Origin: a candidate division WOR-3 bacterium
Lineage (GTDB): Bacteria > Hydrothermota > Hydrothermia > Hydrothermales > Hydrothermaceae
Direction of reading: 5' to 3'
DNA length: 64,000 bases
Assembly: GCA_965649125.1 (NCBI GenBank)
Contig: CBFGJO010000002.1
Span: forward strand, 7,356-71,355
The notes below the pieces were generated by a model. The model made no database searches. It was not told where the DNA came from and saw only the letters and a list, made by a program, of their open reading frames with translations. This document shows positions 42,557 through 56,111 of this stretch, in pieces. Position 1 is the stretch's first letter, and each line of letters begins with the position of its first letter. The position numbers and the translations under genes were made by a program.

Positions 42557-44007
42557 TTTTTACTTATAATTAAAAAACTAACATCATCTTTAATTTCCTT
42601 TTCACCCTTAAAGAACCCCATCTCTTTTATTATCTTTTTCTTTATCTCGCTAACACCATTCCGCGAAGATAAAATTATATTCTTTATCCTTTCTTCACCA
42701 AAAGTTTCTCCATATTCATTCTCAAGGTCAATAAGTCCATCAGTATAAATCATAAAAATATCACCCTTTTCAATTTTTATCCTCTTTTCCTTTATTGAGT
42801 CCGCAAACTCAGAAATATTTAAAAAAGAAAAACCGAGTGGTAAACTCTCCATTTTTATCTCTTCAAATTTATTTTGAGAAAATTTATATATTAAAGGTGG
42901 ATAATGTCCTGCATTTGAAAAAAATATACTTCCATCTTTTTCTAAAACACACACAATTAATGTAATAAACATCTCTTCAGGCATTAAATCTCTCATAGAA
43001 TTATAAAGGGAAATCAAAAAACTTTTTGGAGTCGTTATTCCTTTTGAAAGAGAAATTGTATTCATCTTAACCATACCCATTAAAATTGAACTACCCACAC
43101 CTTTTCCTGAGACATCTCCAAGAATTATAAAATATCTATCAAAGGGAATTTTAATTATATCAATATAATCACCAGAAACAAAAAAGGCAGGCTTATAAAA
43201 AAATTCTATTTCATATTCTGGAATTTCAGGAATAAAAGAAGGAATAAGTGTCTTTTGAATTTCCTTTGCAATTTCCATATCCCTTTTAATTTTTTCTTTT
43301 TCCATAATTTCTTTTTGAGCCTTCCAGAGCTCCCTACTCATTTTTTCTATTTCCTTTGCAATTTTTCCTATCTCATCTTTTCTTTTTATGCCTGTATACA
43401 CATTGAATTCTCCTTTCCCTATTTTTTCTATTACCTTTATAATCTTTTTAACAGGGCTTACAATATAACTTCCAAGTAAAAATATACCAAAAAAGCCTGA
43501 AATCAGAACGAGCAAAAAAATTATAAATATTCTTTTTTCTATATTTTTGATTAAAATATCCAGATTCTTTGAAGAAACCCCTACAATTGCCTTACCAATT
43601 ATTTTATCCATATAAACAATATCAAAAACTCTATTAAAAACCAGAAAATTTTCAAAGATAAAGTTTGTGTCCTTTTTAAACACAGAAATTTCTGAAATAT
43701 TTTTACCAACGAGATCTTCCCTCCATGCTCCTTTTATTATATCCTTATAATCAATAATAACAGTATAAATTATATCCTCTCCCTTACCTTTAATTTCATA
43801 ACATATTTTGACAAGATCAGGGATCCTTTGTTCAAGTAAAAAATCTTTACTTCCAATAGCAAGGGATCTTGCAACCGTTTTCGCATGATTTTGAAGAACT
43901 CCTTTAAAATTTTTTAAATTCTCATATCTTATAATCAAAAAGATTATAAAAAATAAAAGAACAAATAGGAAAGCAAAATAAAGAGAAATTCTTAACCTAA
44001 GGCTCAT
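42553..44007 (-). CDS. Membrane-anchored HAMP-PP2C (SpoIIE/RsbU-type) serine phosphatase
   Basis: It has two TM segments flanking a periplasmic domain, a HAMP-like linker and a PP2C/SpoIIE core (FVSGDYIDIIKI..ILGDVSGKGVGSSILM..IYTDGLID). Confidence 0.8.
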   Translation of the reverse strand: MSLRLRISLYFAFLFVLLFFIIFLIIRYENLKNFKGVLQNHAKTVARSLAIGSKDFLLEQRIPDLVKICYEIKGKGEDIIYTVIIDYKDIIKGAWREDLVGKNISEISVFKKDTNFIFENFLVFNRVFDIVYMDKIIGKAIVGVSSKNLDILIKNIEKRIFIIFLLVLISGFFGIFLLGSYIVSPVKKIIKVIEKIGKGEFNVYTGIKRKDEIGKIAKEIEKMSRELWKAQKEIMEKEKIKRDMEIAKEIQKTLIPSFIPEIPEYEIEFFYKPAFFVSGDYIDIIKIPFDRYFIILGDVSGKGVGSSILMGMVKMNTISLSKGITTPKSFLISLYNSMRDLMPEEMFITLIVCVLEKDGSIFFSNAGHYPPLIYKFSQNKFEEIKMESLPLGFSFLNISEFADSIKEKRIKIEKGDIFMIYTDGLIDLENEYGETFGEERIKNIILSSRNGVSEIKKKIIKEMGFFKGEKEIKDDVSFLIISKK

Positions 44008-45104
44008 TACTTCTCAATTGCTTTTAAAAAAATTAAAAAGCCCTTTATCTCGTTTTCTAAAAGTTCCAGCACTTTTTTCGCTTCAATATAATGGGGATTT
44101 AAATCAATTGATTTTTTTAGATAATAATGAGCCTTTTTAAAAATTTCTTTTATATAGAGCAAATAAGATTTTGAAACGGCAAAATAAAGATCAGGGTAAT
44201 CCTTATTTTTTTCAAGAAGATCTTCTAATCTCAAAATATATTCTCTTAAAGATACAGGATTTTCAATACCGGCTTTTGAAAGTAAACTAAAATCCCTTAT
44301 AATTTCCTGTGGGAATCTCTCATAAAAAATTTTTTCCATCTCTTCCAGTTTTTCAAGACACTTTTTATATTCTTCTTTCTCAAAATATTCAAGGGCTTCT
44401 TTATATTCATCCCCTGCAAGCCTCGGATCTATTATGCTAAGTGCTTTTAATTTAGCCAAAATTTTTTCTTTTTCCATTTTAACACCCTTTACCATTAATG
44501 ATAGGAGTGCTTTTATTTCTTCATAATGAGCCTCTGCATAGGAAGGAACCCTCTTTAGAGCCTCATTGATAAAACTCAGGGACTCCTTTTCTTTACCGAG
44601 TTTGATAAGAAGTTTACCCATTAAAAGATAATAATCGGGATAATTTGGTGAGAGTTCAAGTGCTTTAACTATGTAATTAAAAGCGTTATTATAATCACCT
44701 TTTAAAAGGTAATAAATTGCATAAGTTTTATAAATAGGGGAATACTCTTTATTAAGTTCAGAAGCCCTTTTAAGATGTTTTTCCCCTTCTTCTAAAAGCC
44801 CCATTTTCATAAGTTTTTCTGCCATCTTCACATGAATTTCAACAGGTGCCTCTTTCAAAAACTTTTCTGAAATCTCCCCCCATTTCTTAAATTCATTCAG
44901 AGTATCAAGATGAAAATCTTTAACAAGTTCAATGAGCTGTGTTTCTTCTATCTCTTTTGATATCTTATTTTTTTTATAATAAATAATGTTACCATTTTTA
45001 AGAATTTTCGTCGTTATAACTTCCTTTTCTGGTAAATACTCTGTTTCAATATAATAGAAAACATCTCCTATTTTAAATTCATCAGAAAAACCAAAAAACT
45101 TCAT
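44007..45104 (-). CDS. TPR-repeat protein
   Basis: It has multiple TPR-like helical repeats (AIYYLLKGDYNNAFNYIVKALELSPNY ...). Confidence 0.55.
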   Translation of the reverse strand: MKFFGFSDEFKIGDVFYYIETEYLPEKEVITTKILKNGNIIYYKKNKISKEIEETQLIELVKDFHLDTLNEFKKWGEISEKFLKEAPVEIHVKMAEKLMKMGLLEEGEKHLKRASELNKEYSPIYKTYAIYYLLKGDYNNAFNYIVKALELSPNYPDYYLLMGKLLIKLGKEKESLSFINEALKRVPSYAEAHYEEIKALLSLMVKGVKMEKEKILAKLKALSIIDPRLAGDEYKEALEYFEKEEYKKCLEKLEEMEKIFYERFPQEIIRDFSLLSKAGIENPVSLREYILRLEDLLEKNKDYPDLYFAVSKSYLLYIKEIFKKAHYYLKKSIDLNPHYIEAKKVLELLENEIKGFLIFLKAIEK

Positions 45105-45685
45105 TTTTCACCTTTTAAAAGTTTTTTTAAAATTTTATAAGCAAAAATAAGTCTTTTCTCTTTTGTTTCGAGTTCCATCTGAACTAAAATATTTCTTAAA
45201 TATTCTATATCAATTTTTTCTTTTAATTTTTTCTCACAAAATTTTTTAATCTCTTCTTCATCTAATAAAGGATTATCAACAATCAAATTTTTAATTAAAG
45301 CTTTAATTTTGGAGTCCAGTTTTTCCAATTTAACCTCTTCTTTTTTTTCCTCCTCCTTAAACTCTAAAATTTTTTCCTCATAAATGATAAACCTTTTAAG
45401 ATCCATCAAATCATATATCCTTTTAACAGAGTTATGCATATTCCCTGCACAAACTTTTATACCTTTTTCTCTTAATTTTATTGAATTACTTATAAATGTT
45501 CCCCATCCCGAACTTGATACATAATCAACTTTACTGAAATCAAAATATACTTCCTTCGCATCAGTATCCTTAATTTCTTCAAATACTTCTTTGAATTTAT
45601 TAACCGTTGTAGTATCAATATATCCATTTAAATAAACAATTAATAAATCATTTTGCAATTTTATATCATAATTAAACCTTTCCAT
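45101..45685 (-). CDS. STAS-domain protein (anti-sigma-factor antagonist family) with a ~90-aa C-terminal extension
   Basis: The SpoIIAA/RsbV-like pattern includes a candidate phospho-Ser in DYVSSSGWGTF. Confidence 0.7.
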   Translation of the reverse strand: MERFNYDIKLQNDLLIVYLNGYIDTTTVNKFKEVFEEIKDTDAKEVYFDFSKVDYVSSSGWGTFISNSIKLREKGIKVCAGNMHNSVKRIYDLMDLKRFIIYEEKILEFKEEEKKEEVKLEKLDSKIKALIKNLIVDNPLLDEEEIKKFCEKKLKEKIDIEYLRNILVQMELETKEKRLIFAYKILKKLLKGEK

Positions 45686-45694
45686 AGGATTAAA

Positions 45695-45724
45695 TTATAT
45701 TTTAAAATTTAACCGATTTTCAAT
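45695..45724 (-). promoter_or_regulatory. Candidate promoter for the STAS operon (TTGAAA-N18-TATAAT on the minus strand), possibly producing a near-leaderless transcript
   Basis: On the minus strand, TATAAT ends 8 nt upstream of the STAS ATG and no RBS is visible. TTGAAA lies 18 nt upstream. Confidence 0.35.
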
Positions 45725-46970
45725 CAAACATTTCTTTTATTTTCTGTGAATATTCATATTGTTTTTCAAATGAACCAAAAAGTTTACCTTCTTTTGTGTA
45801 CTTCCCTAAATTTTTTAAAAAATTTTTTTCTATAAATCTTGATTTTTTCTTCCAGAAAGGTGTAGCAGGAAGAGGCATAAAATAATGAAAATGAACAATA
45901 CATCCTTTTTCCATAAGTTTTAATGAAAATTCAATTGTTTTCTTTAAATCTTCTTCACTTTCTTCTGGAAACCCTATGATAAAATCAACAATTGGAATAA
46001 ATCCATATTTTTTAACGATCTTAACAGCATTTATAACAGAAGATAGATCATGTCCCCTTTTTATGTACTCAAGCACCCTTTCAGAGCCACTTTGACATCC
46101 TATTACTATGTTCTTATTATCACAAAATTCTTTAACAATTTTCATCAAATCATCATTTATATAATCAGGTCTCACCTCTGAAGGGAACGAGCCAAAAAAT
46201 ATTCTACCTTCTTTTTTTATTATTTTTCTTACTCCATAAATAAGATTATAAATTGCATCTATATTTATTTCTCCTTTTTTATACGAACCGTAAGAAAAAG
46301 CATTTGGCGTTATAAATCTTATATCTCTCATTTTACTTTTAAAAAGTTCTTCAACCCATTCAAGAATCATTTCTATTTTTCTATGTCTTAAATTCTTACC
46401 CATAAAATAAGAAACTTCACAGTACTTGCATCCGAATAGGCATCCCCTTGTGATCTCAATAGGACCGTATTTCCCGAGTTTTTTAGAAAAAACAGGAAAC
46501 TCATTTAAATCAATAAAATCTTTTGATTTATTGATAAAAATTTTATTATCCTCTTTATAAATAATACCTTTTGTATCTTTAAAATTTTTATTTTCCATAA
46601 AATTTTTTAAAAAGACAGGTAAAGAATTCTCACCTTCTCTATAGAACAAAAAATCAAAAAAATCTAAAAGAGAAAAAGGTAAACCAAATACATGGGGGCC
46701 TCCTGCAAGTTTCAAAATCTTATAATTCTTTATTTTTTCTAAATTTCTTTTCCATTCAATGAACTGGGTTGTCATAAGTGAAAATAGAACAAATGAAAAT
46801 TTATAAATTTTTTGTTTTTCTTCTAAAATTTCAAAAAATTCATCAAAATTTTTTGGAAAATAAAAATCAAAAAAATCTATTAAATCATATTTTTCAAGTG
46901 CACCAAGAATGGCTCTAAAAGAGTTCCTCGTATTTTTATGATAAAAGATAGTTATAGAATATTCTTTCAA
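45720..46970 (-). CDS. B12-binding-domain radical SAM protein
   Basis: The radical SAM cysteine motif ITRGCLFGCKYCEV is preceded by an N-terminal Rossmann-like (B12-binding-like) region. Confidence 0.75.
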   Translation of the reverse strand: MKEYSITIFYHKNTRNSFRAILGALEKYDLIDFFDFYFPKNFDEFFEILEEKQKIYKFSFVLFSLMTTQFIEWKRNLEKIKNYKILKLAGGPHVFGLPFSLLDFFDFLFYREGENSLPVFLKNFMENKNFKDTKGIIYKEDNKIFINKSKDFIDLNEFPVFSKKLGKYGPIEITRGCLFGCKYCEVSYFMGKNLRHRKIEMILEWVEELFKSKMRDIRFITPNAFSYGSYKKGEINIDAIYNLIYGVRKIIKKEGRIFFGSFPSEVRPDYINDDLMKIVKEFCDNKNIVIGCQSGSERVLEYIKRGHDLSSVINAVKIVKKYGFIPIVDFIIGFPEESEEDLKKTIEFSLKLMEKGCIVHFHYFMPLPATPFWKKKSRFIEKNFLKNLGKYTKEGKLFGSFEKQYEYSQKIKEMFD

Positions 46971-46993
46971 TTGAAAAATAAATTATAATATAC

Positions 46994-47022
46994 TTGACAT
47001 TTAATTTCCAAACCTGTATAAT
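46994..47022 (+). promoter_or_regulatory. Consensus sigma70 promoter for the 23S rRNA (TTGACA-N17-TATAAT)
   Basis: TTGACA at 46994-46999 and TATAAT at 47017-47022, about 60 nt upstream of the 23S 5' end. Confidence 0.65.
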
Positions 47023-47068
47023 TTAAAAACTTCAAAAATAAAAATTTTACTATTTGAAAATTAAGTTT

Positions 47069-47082
47069 GAAATGAAAGGGTA

Positions 47083-47092
<10 letters not shown>
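47069..47092 (+). other. 5' half of the 23S rRNA processing stem (pairs with 50102-50125)
   Basis: GAAATGAAAGGGTAGGATATAAGG at 47069-47092 is complementary to CCTTATATCCTGCCCTTTCATTTC at 50102-50125, with a single G:U wobble. It looks like an RNase III-type precursor stem. Confidence 0.7.
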
Positions 47093-50112
<3,020 letters not shown>

Positions 50113-50131
50113 GCCCTTTCATTTCAAATTT

Positions 50132-51070
50132 TTATTTTTTTAATCTTTCAATAATTCTTTGTGCTATTCTATTTCCTGCTTCTATTAATGGGTTTTGTTC
50201 ATCAGGGGAAGCTTCTTGATAAGATTCAATTATGTTTCCCTGTGAATCAATTAAATCCGCATATATCTTTATTTCTCTTCCCTCCATCTCTATTTTCCCA
50301 AAAACTGCATAATCTAAAACAAGTTCTAAAATCATCTGTTTTACATGTGAAATATCTATCTTTGTTTCATCTATTCCTCTTCTTTGCACTGCTGAAATTA
50401 TCTCTCCTTCTGCTTTAATTTCAAGAAGTCCATACCTTGCAAGACCGCTTCTAATTGCGCTCCTCAAAACTTCTCCAAATCTACCTGTTCTTATTATCTC
50501 ACTTTTTTCATAAAAAGGGAAAACACCCACTTTTAACTTCCTTAAAACAGAAGGTCCTGTAACCCCTTTATATTCCTTATTCAGTTCTTCAAGGACTAAA
50601 TCAGTAATATCAACTTTTTGAGAAGAATATAAAATAACATCTTTTGATATATCTATAACTAAATCATAGCCCATATCTTTTGCTATTTTTTCTATAGTTT
50701 TTTGAACCTTTGCGACATGTGGCTCCACAAGTCTTTTTGTCGTCTCTTTCAATTTTCCATCTTTACCCCATATCTCCTCGAGAAATCTTTTATATTCTTC
50801 CTCCTTTGTTTTTATTTCTCTTTCCCTCTTAATCTTTGCTTCGTCTGATAAAGAAGGCTTTTCTTTCTCATAAAGATTCTTTAAACTATCTATAACCTTT
50901 TTCTTATTTAAAAGTCCTTCCTCCCATTCCTTTACGAGTCTATTAAGTTCCTCTTTTGATTCTTTTATTCCTTCATATTCTTTTAATATTCTTTCCATAT
51001 CAACAAAGGAAATTTTTAATTCCTGCGAATATAAAAAAGATAATAAAATTAAAAATATAAAATTTCTCAT
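50132..51070 (-). CDS. skp: Skp/OmpH periplasmic chaperone with an additional ~150-aa C-terminal domain
   Basis: It has a signal peptide (MRNFIFLILLSFLYSQE) and an OmpH-like coiled-coil region. The extra C-terminal domain begins LKVGVFPFYEKSE. The gene lies immediately downstream of bamA. Confidence 0.7.
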   Translation of the reverse strand: MRNFIFLILLSFLYSQELKISFVDMERILKEYEGIKESKEELNRLVKEWEEGLLNKKKVIDSLKNLYEKEKPSLSDEAKIKREREIKTKEEEYKRFLEEIWGKDGKLKETTKRLVEPHVAKVQKTIEKIAKDMGYDLVIDISKDVILYSSQKVDITDLVLEELNKEYKGVTGPSVLRKLKVGVFPFYEKSEIIRTGRFGEVLRSAIRSGLARYGLLEIKAEGEIISAVQRRGIDETKIDISHVKQMILELVLDYAVFGKIEMEGREIKIYADLIDSQGNIIESYQEASPDEQNPLIEAGNRIAQRIIERLKK

Positions 51071-51071
51071 T

Positions 51072-53312
51072 TTAAAACTGCGTACCAAACTGGAAATGAG
51101 GAATAAAACCTTTTTTCTTCTTATCAAGCCCATATCCAAAATCAACGCCAAGGACGGGCATCATCGGAATCTGAATCCTTACACCAAAACCTACTCCTCT
51201 ATAAAGGGGGAAACCCCTTTTTACACTCTTCACCAAACTATGGAATTTTAACCACGCATTACCTGCATCGTAAAAAATAAGGAAATATAAATTATCGGAA
51301 AGGGGGACTCTTAATTCATAATTAAATGCAAAAGCATATTTTCCACCAATAACTACTCCTCTACTTCTTGGACCTAAACTCCTGTCATCATATCCTCTCA
51401 CCTGGAAATCTGTATAAATTCCACCGGGTCTGAATCTCTCATAAATCGGTATTTCATCCTTTCTTCTAAATTTACCAACTGTACCAAATTTAAAATAAAA
51501 CATATTAACAACCTTTTCTTTAATAAATGGGATAAACAAAGCGTAATTCAAAATATTTCCATAAAAAGAGATATTTCCACCAAGAAAATAACCAGAAAAG
51601 ATATTTGTGTATTCAAAACGGGAACCTTTCCTTTCGTTAAAAACTCTATCCCTTGAGTCCCTTATAAATGAATTTTCAACTCTTGATGAAAATTTTGGCC
51701 ATTTTTCTTTTCTAATGTCATAGATAGGTGAGGGTTTAAAATTTTTTGATATATTAAAAATATTTATCCTTTCAAAAGAGTATTTTATTCTCCATCTATA
51801 ATAATCTGAACTTAAAATTGGTCTTGAAAAGTTTAAAGAAAAACCCTGTCTTCTTTCATCATATTCCCCAGGTATCCCAGAAGTTAAATCATGAATATCA
51901 AATCCAAATGAATAGGGTTTCTGGAAAAGCCAGGGCTCTGTAAATGAAATCTGAAAGTTTTTTCTATATTTACCGTATTCAACAAGAAAACTTAAAATCT
52001 GACCCTTACCAAGAAAGTTTGGCTGGCTTAATTGAATGAATAAAGAAACACCCTGCAATTGAGAATAGGAAGCACCTGCCTGAATAGTTCCTGTTGGTTT
52101 CTCTTTAACAACAAAAGTTAAATCAACATGTTCTGAATCTGGAAGGATATCAAAATTCAATTTAACATCCTCAAAATAATTCAAAAAATATAAATCTCTT
52201 TGAGACTTTATAAGTTTTTCCCTTGAAAATTTCTCACCTGGATATATATCAAGCTCCCTTAAAATAACATAATCTCTTGTTCTTGTGTTTCCCTTTATAT
52301 CTATCTTTCTTACATATACTTCTTTTCCCTTTTTTATATTTATCTCAAAGTTAACAATTGAATCTAAAAGCTCTTCTTGAGGAACTACTTTTACTAAAAG
52401 ATAACCCTTATCAGCATACATCCCCTGTATCTCTATAATACTCTCTTCAAGTTTTTTATAATTTAAGGGTTTTCCTTTTTTAACTTTTAATTTCTCATAA
52501 AGTTTTTTCTCAGGATAGATAAGGTCTCCTTTGAATAAAACATCCCCAAGATAAAACTTTTTCCCTTCTGTAACATATATATCAATCTCTATAAATTCAC
52601 CCCCTGCTTCATTTATTCTGTATGAATCAACTTTTGCACTCAAAAAACCTTTATTTTTATAAAATTCCTCAATCTTTGGAAGGTCCTCCTCAAAATACTC
52701 TTCTTTAAAGTTTGCTTTCCTATACCATGTCTTTTCTCTATTTCTTAAAAGAATCTCAATTTTTTTATCAGGGAAATGCTGGTTCCCATAAATTTCTATT
52801 TTTTTTATCTTTGCCCTCGCACCTTCTTTAATTTTAAAAATTAAATTTGCTTCACCATCAAAAAAAATGGTTGAATCATAGACTTCTGTTCCAGCAAAAC
52901 CTTTATTTTTATAAAAATCAATTATTTTCTTTTTCCATTCAAAAATTTTTGATTTTGATAAAACTTCTCCTTTCAAGGGGGCTATTTCTTTTTCAAGCTC
53001 TTTTGTCTTTATTTTATAATTCCCCTCAAAAATTATCTCTTTCAATCTTGGATTTTCACTAATTTTTATAACAAGGTCAATGAATGTATCCTCAGGAGTT
53101 GCAAAAACTTCAATTTGATTAAAATAGCCAGTTTTATAGAGATTCCTAATCCCTTCACTTAACTTTTGAAAATCTATTTTCTCCCCTTCTTTAACTCCAA
53201 AACTATTTTTTATAAATTCAGAAAATATTCTCTTGTTACCTTCAATACTTATATTTTTTAAATAAAAATTTTGAACTTTTAAAAGAAAAAAAATTAAAAA
53301 AAAATTTTGCAT
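51072..53312 (-). CDS. bamA: Outer membrane protein assembly factor BamA (Omp85)
   Basis: It has POTRA repeats, a C-terminal beta-barrel and a terminal ..HFQFGTQF. Confidence 0.9.
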   Translation of the reverse strand: MQNFFLIFFLLKVQNFYLKNISIEGNKRIFSEFIKNSFGVKEGEKIDFQKLSEGIRNLYKTGYFNQIEVFATPEDTFIDLVIKISENPRLKEIIFEGNYKIKTKELEKEIAPLKGEVLSKSKIFEWKKKIIDFYKNKGFAGTEVYDSTIFFDGEANLIFKIKEGARAKIKKIEIYGNQHFPDKKIEILLRNREKTWYRKANFKEEYFEEDLPKIEEFYKNKGFLSAKVDSYRINEAGGEFIEIDIYVTEGKKFYLGDVLFKGDLIYPEKKLYEKLKVKKGKPLNYKKLEESIIEIQGMYADKGYLLVKVVPQEELLDSIVNFEINIKKGKEVYVRKIDIKGNTRTRDYVILRELDIYPGEKFSREKLIKSQRDLYFLNYFEDVKLNFDILPDSEHVDLTFVVKEKPTGTIQAGASYSQLQGVSLFIQLSQPNFLGKGQILSFLVEYGKYRKNFQISFTEPWLFQKPYSFGFDIHDLTSGIPGEYDERRQGFSLNFSRPILSSDYYRWRIKYSFERINIFNISKNFKPSPIYDIRKEKWPKFSSRVENSFIRDSRDRVFNERKGSRFEYTNIFSGYFLGGNISFYGNILNYALFIPFIKEKVVNMFYFKFGTVGKFRRKDEIPIYERFRPGGIYTDFQVRGYDDRSLGPRSRGVVIGGKYAFAFNYELRVPLSDNLYFLIFYDAGNAWLKFHSLVKSVKRGFPLYRGVGFGVRIQIPMMPVLGVDFGYGLDKKKKGFIPHFQFGTQF

Positions 53313-55766
53313 TTATTCAGTCTTTGCAGTAAGTTTCTCCATCTTTTTGAAAACTATTTCACCATCTTCAAAATCAACTAAAACTTCGTCATTCTCTTTA
53401 AACTTTCCTTTCAAAATCTCCTCTGAAAGCGGATCCTCAATATATTTTCTTAATGTTCTTTTAATTGGTCTTGCACCAAATTCAGGGTCAAAACCTTCCT
53501 TTACCAAGAACTCCTTTGCATTTTCGCTTACAACTATTTTTACATGTCTTTCTTTTTCAAGTCTTTCCGAAAGTTCGGATAAAAGAATATCAAGAATTCC
53601 TCTACAATCTTCATAAGTTAATGGATTAAATACAATTACTTCATCAATCCTGTTTAAAAATTCAGGAGGAACAATCCTCTTTAATTCATCCATTAAAAAT
53701 TCTTTCATCTTTTGAAAATCAAACTCTTCACTTTCTGAATGGAACCCAAGACTTTTTGCCTTTTTCAAATACCTTGTCCCTATATTTGATGTAAGAATTA
53801 CAACTGTATTTTTAAAATTTACTTTCCTTCCATAATTATCTGTCAAAACGCCATCTTCAAGAATTTGAAGAAGTATATTGAAAACTTCTGGATGCGCCTT
53901 TTCAAACTCATCAAAAAGAACAACTGAATAAGGTTTTCTCCTCACTTTTTCTGTTAATTGCCCACCTTCCTCATAACCAACATATCCAGGTGGAGCACCT
54001 ATTAATTTTGAAACATTAAATTTTTCCATGTATTCTGACATATCAATCCTTATCAAGGCATTTTCGTCTCCAAATAAGAATTCAGCAAGAACTTTTGCAA
54101 GGTGAGTTTTACCAACACCTGTTGGTCCCATAAATATAAATGAACCAATTGGTCTTCTTGGGTCTTTAATTCCTGCCCTTGACCTTCTTATTGCTCTTGC
54201 AAGCACTTTTATTGCTTCATCCTGTCCAACAACCTTCTTTTTAAGTTCTTCTTCCATTTTAAGAAGCCTTACCTGTTCTTCCTCCTCAATCTTTGCAAGT
54301 GGTATACCTGTCCATCTTGAAACCACATAAGCAACATCCTCAACCTTTACTCTTGGACGTGCACCACGACTTTGAAGTTCCCTTTTTCTCCTTGCTATCT
54401 TTTCTTCAAGTATTTCAATTCTATCTCTTATTTCAGCTGCCTTCTCATATTCCTGTGCCCTTATTGCAATTTCCTTTTCCTTTTTAAGTCTTTCAAGTTC
54501 TTTCTTATATCTTTCTAACAATTCATCAGAAGCCTTACTTAAAAGTTTAACCCTTGCACCGGCTTCATCTATCACATCAATTGCCTTATCAGGTTGAAAT
54601 CTATCAGAGATATATCTATCAGAAAGAATTGCGGCTGTTTCAAGTGCTTCATCATCATAAATAATTTGATGAAAATTTTCATATTTTTCTTTTAAACCTC
54701 TTAAAATCTCAATTGTCTGTTCAATCGTTGGCGGATCAACTATTATTGGCTGGAATCTTCTTTCCAGCGCTCCATCCTTTTCAATATATTTCCTGTATTC
54801 TTCCATTGTTGTTGCACCAATACACTGAATTTCTCCTCTTGCAAGAGCAGGTTTTAATATATTAGAAGCATCTATCGCACCCTCTGCTGCACCAGCACCC
54901 ACAAGTGTATGAACCTCGTCAATAAAAAGTATTATATCCTTTGATTTTATAACCTCATTCAAAATTGCTTTCAACCTTTCTTCAAACTGTCCTCTGTATT
55001 TTGTACCTGCAACAATTGCGGCAAGGTCAAGAGCAAGAATCTTTTTATCAAGGAGTGCCTCAGGAACTTCACCTTTTACAATTCTCTGTGCAAGCCCCTC
55101 TACAATTGCAGTTTTACCAACTCCTGGTTCACCAATTAAAACTGGATTATTCTTTTTCCTTCTTGAAAGTATCTGTATAACCCTTTCTATCTCTCTTTCT
55201 CTTCCTATAACAGGGTCAAGTTTATCTTCTCTTGCAAGTTGGGTTAAATCAATTGCAAATTGTTCTAAAAGTTTTGAAGGGTATCTCATTTTTTTCTCAG
55301 TCGAAGGAGAGGGCAATTCCATTGATGATAATATTCTCAAAACTTCATCCCTTGCTTCTTCAAGAGAGACACCCCATGCTGCTAAAGCCCTTGCTGCAAC
55401 ACCCTTTCTTTCTCTTAAGATACCCAGAAGTAAATGTTCTGTTCCTATATAATTATGGCCAAGTTTTTTTGCTTCATCTATTGCATAATTCAAGCATCTT
55501 TTTGCATCAGGATCAAGAGGAAGCTCTGTATGGGGAACCGGATTTATTCCAGGTGGAACCATATTCTCAATATGACTTTTAATCCCTTCAAAATCAACAC
55601 CAAGATTTGAAAGAACTAAAGAAGCAATTGAATCGCTCATTCTTAAAATACCGAGTAGAATATGCTCTGTTCCCACATAAGGATGCCTTAATCTTACTGC
55701 TTCCTCTTTTGCAAACCATAAAACCCTTCTTGCCCTTTCAGTAAACTTATTTTCTCTATCTATCAT
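53313..55766 (-). CDS. clpC: ATP-dependent Clp protease ATP-binding subunit ClpC
   Basis: It has two Clp_N repeats, two AAA+ modules ([16 protein letters not shown]) and a UVR-like coiled coil between them. Confidence 0.93.
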   Translation of the reverse strand: MIDRENKFTERARRVLWFAKEEAVRLRHPYVGTEHILLGILRMSDSIASLVLSNLGVDFEGIKSHIENMVPPGINPVPHTELPLDPDAKRCLNYAIDEAKKLGHNYIGTEHLLLGILRERKGVAARALAAWGVSLEEARDEVLRILSSMELPSPSTEKKMRYPSKLLEQFAIDLTQLAREDKLDPVIGREREIERVIQILSRRKKNNPVLIGEPGVGKTAIVEGLAQRIVKGEVPEALLDKKILALDLAAIVAGTKYRGQFEERLKAILNEVIKSKDIILFIDEVHTLVGAGAAEGAIDASNILKPALARGEIQCIGATTMEEYRKYIEKDGALERRFQPIIVDPPTIEQTIEILRGLKEKYENFHQIIYDDEALETAAILSDRYISDRFQPDKAIDVIDEAGARVKLLSKASDELLERYKKELERLKKEKEIAIRAQEYEKAAEIRDRIEILEEKIARRKRELQSRGARPRVKVEDVAYVVSRWTGIPLAKIEEEEQVRLLKMEEELKKKVVGQDEAIKVLARAIRRSRAGIKDPRRPIGSFIFMGPTGVGKTHLAKVLAEFLFGDENALIRIDMSEYMEKFNVSKLIGAPPGYVGYEEGGQLTEKVRRKPYSVVLFDEFEKAHPEVFNILLQILEDGVLTDNYGRKVNFKNTVVILTSNIGTRYLKKAKSLGFHSESEEFDFQKMKEFLMDELKRIVPPEFLNRIDEVIVFNPLTYEDCRGILDILLSELSERLEKERHVKIVVSENAKEFLVKEGFDPEFGARPIKRTLRKYIEDPLSEEILKGKFKENDEVLVDFEDGEIVFKKMEKLTAKTE

Positions 55767-55775
55767 AAAATCTCC

Positions 55776-56111
55776 TTATATTTTTAAATTCTTTGAAATT
55801 TCTCCTATCCATAAAATTTCACCCTTTTCGCCCTTTAAAACAAAATACATTCCAATCACCATTACGATAAGAAGTGAGAGTAAGAATAAGGAAAAGAAGA
55901 AATTGAAAAATATATATCTTAAAAAGGGAATACCATAAAATAAAAGATAAAGAGAAAAGAAAAACAAAACCCCCACAATTTCTAAAATAAAAAGTAAAAA
56001 ACCTTGCCTTGCATGAAAATTTACAAAATCATCACTTCTTTCTTTTAAAAGGGGTATTATACATAAAAACGGCAGGTAACTCATAAGGGCTAAAATCTTT
56101 TTTTCTTCCAT
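55776..56111 (-). CDS. Small DUF4870-like membrane protein
   Basis: The SYLPFLCIIPLLKERSDDFVNFHARQGFLL pattern is followed by two TM helices. Confidence 0.45.
   Translation of the reverse strand: MEEKKILALMSYLPFLCIIPLLKERSDDFVNFHARQGFLLFILEIVGVLFFFSLYLLFYGIPFLRYIFFNFFFSLFLLSLLIVMVIGMYFVLKGEKGEILWIGEISKNLKI

Noticed and set aside
50113-50131. 5S rRNA expected downstream of the 23S
   Set aside because: Only about 20 nt separate the 23S 3' end from the skp stop codon. There is no room for a 5S gene, and no 5S-like sequence is seen.
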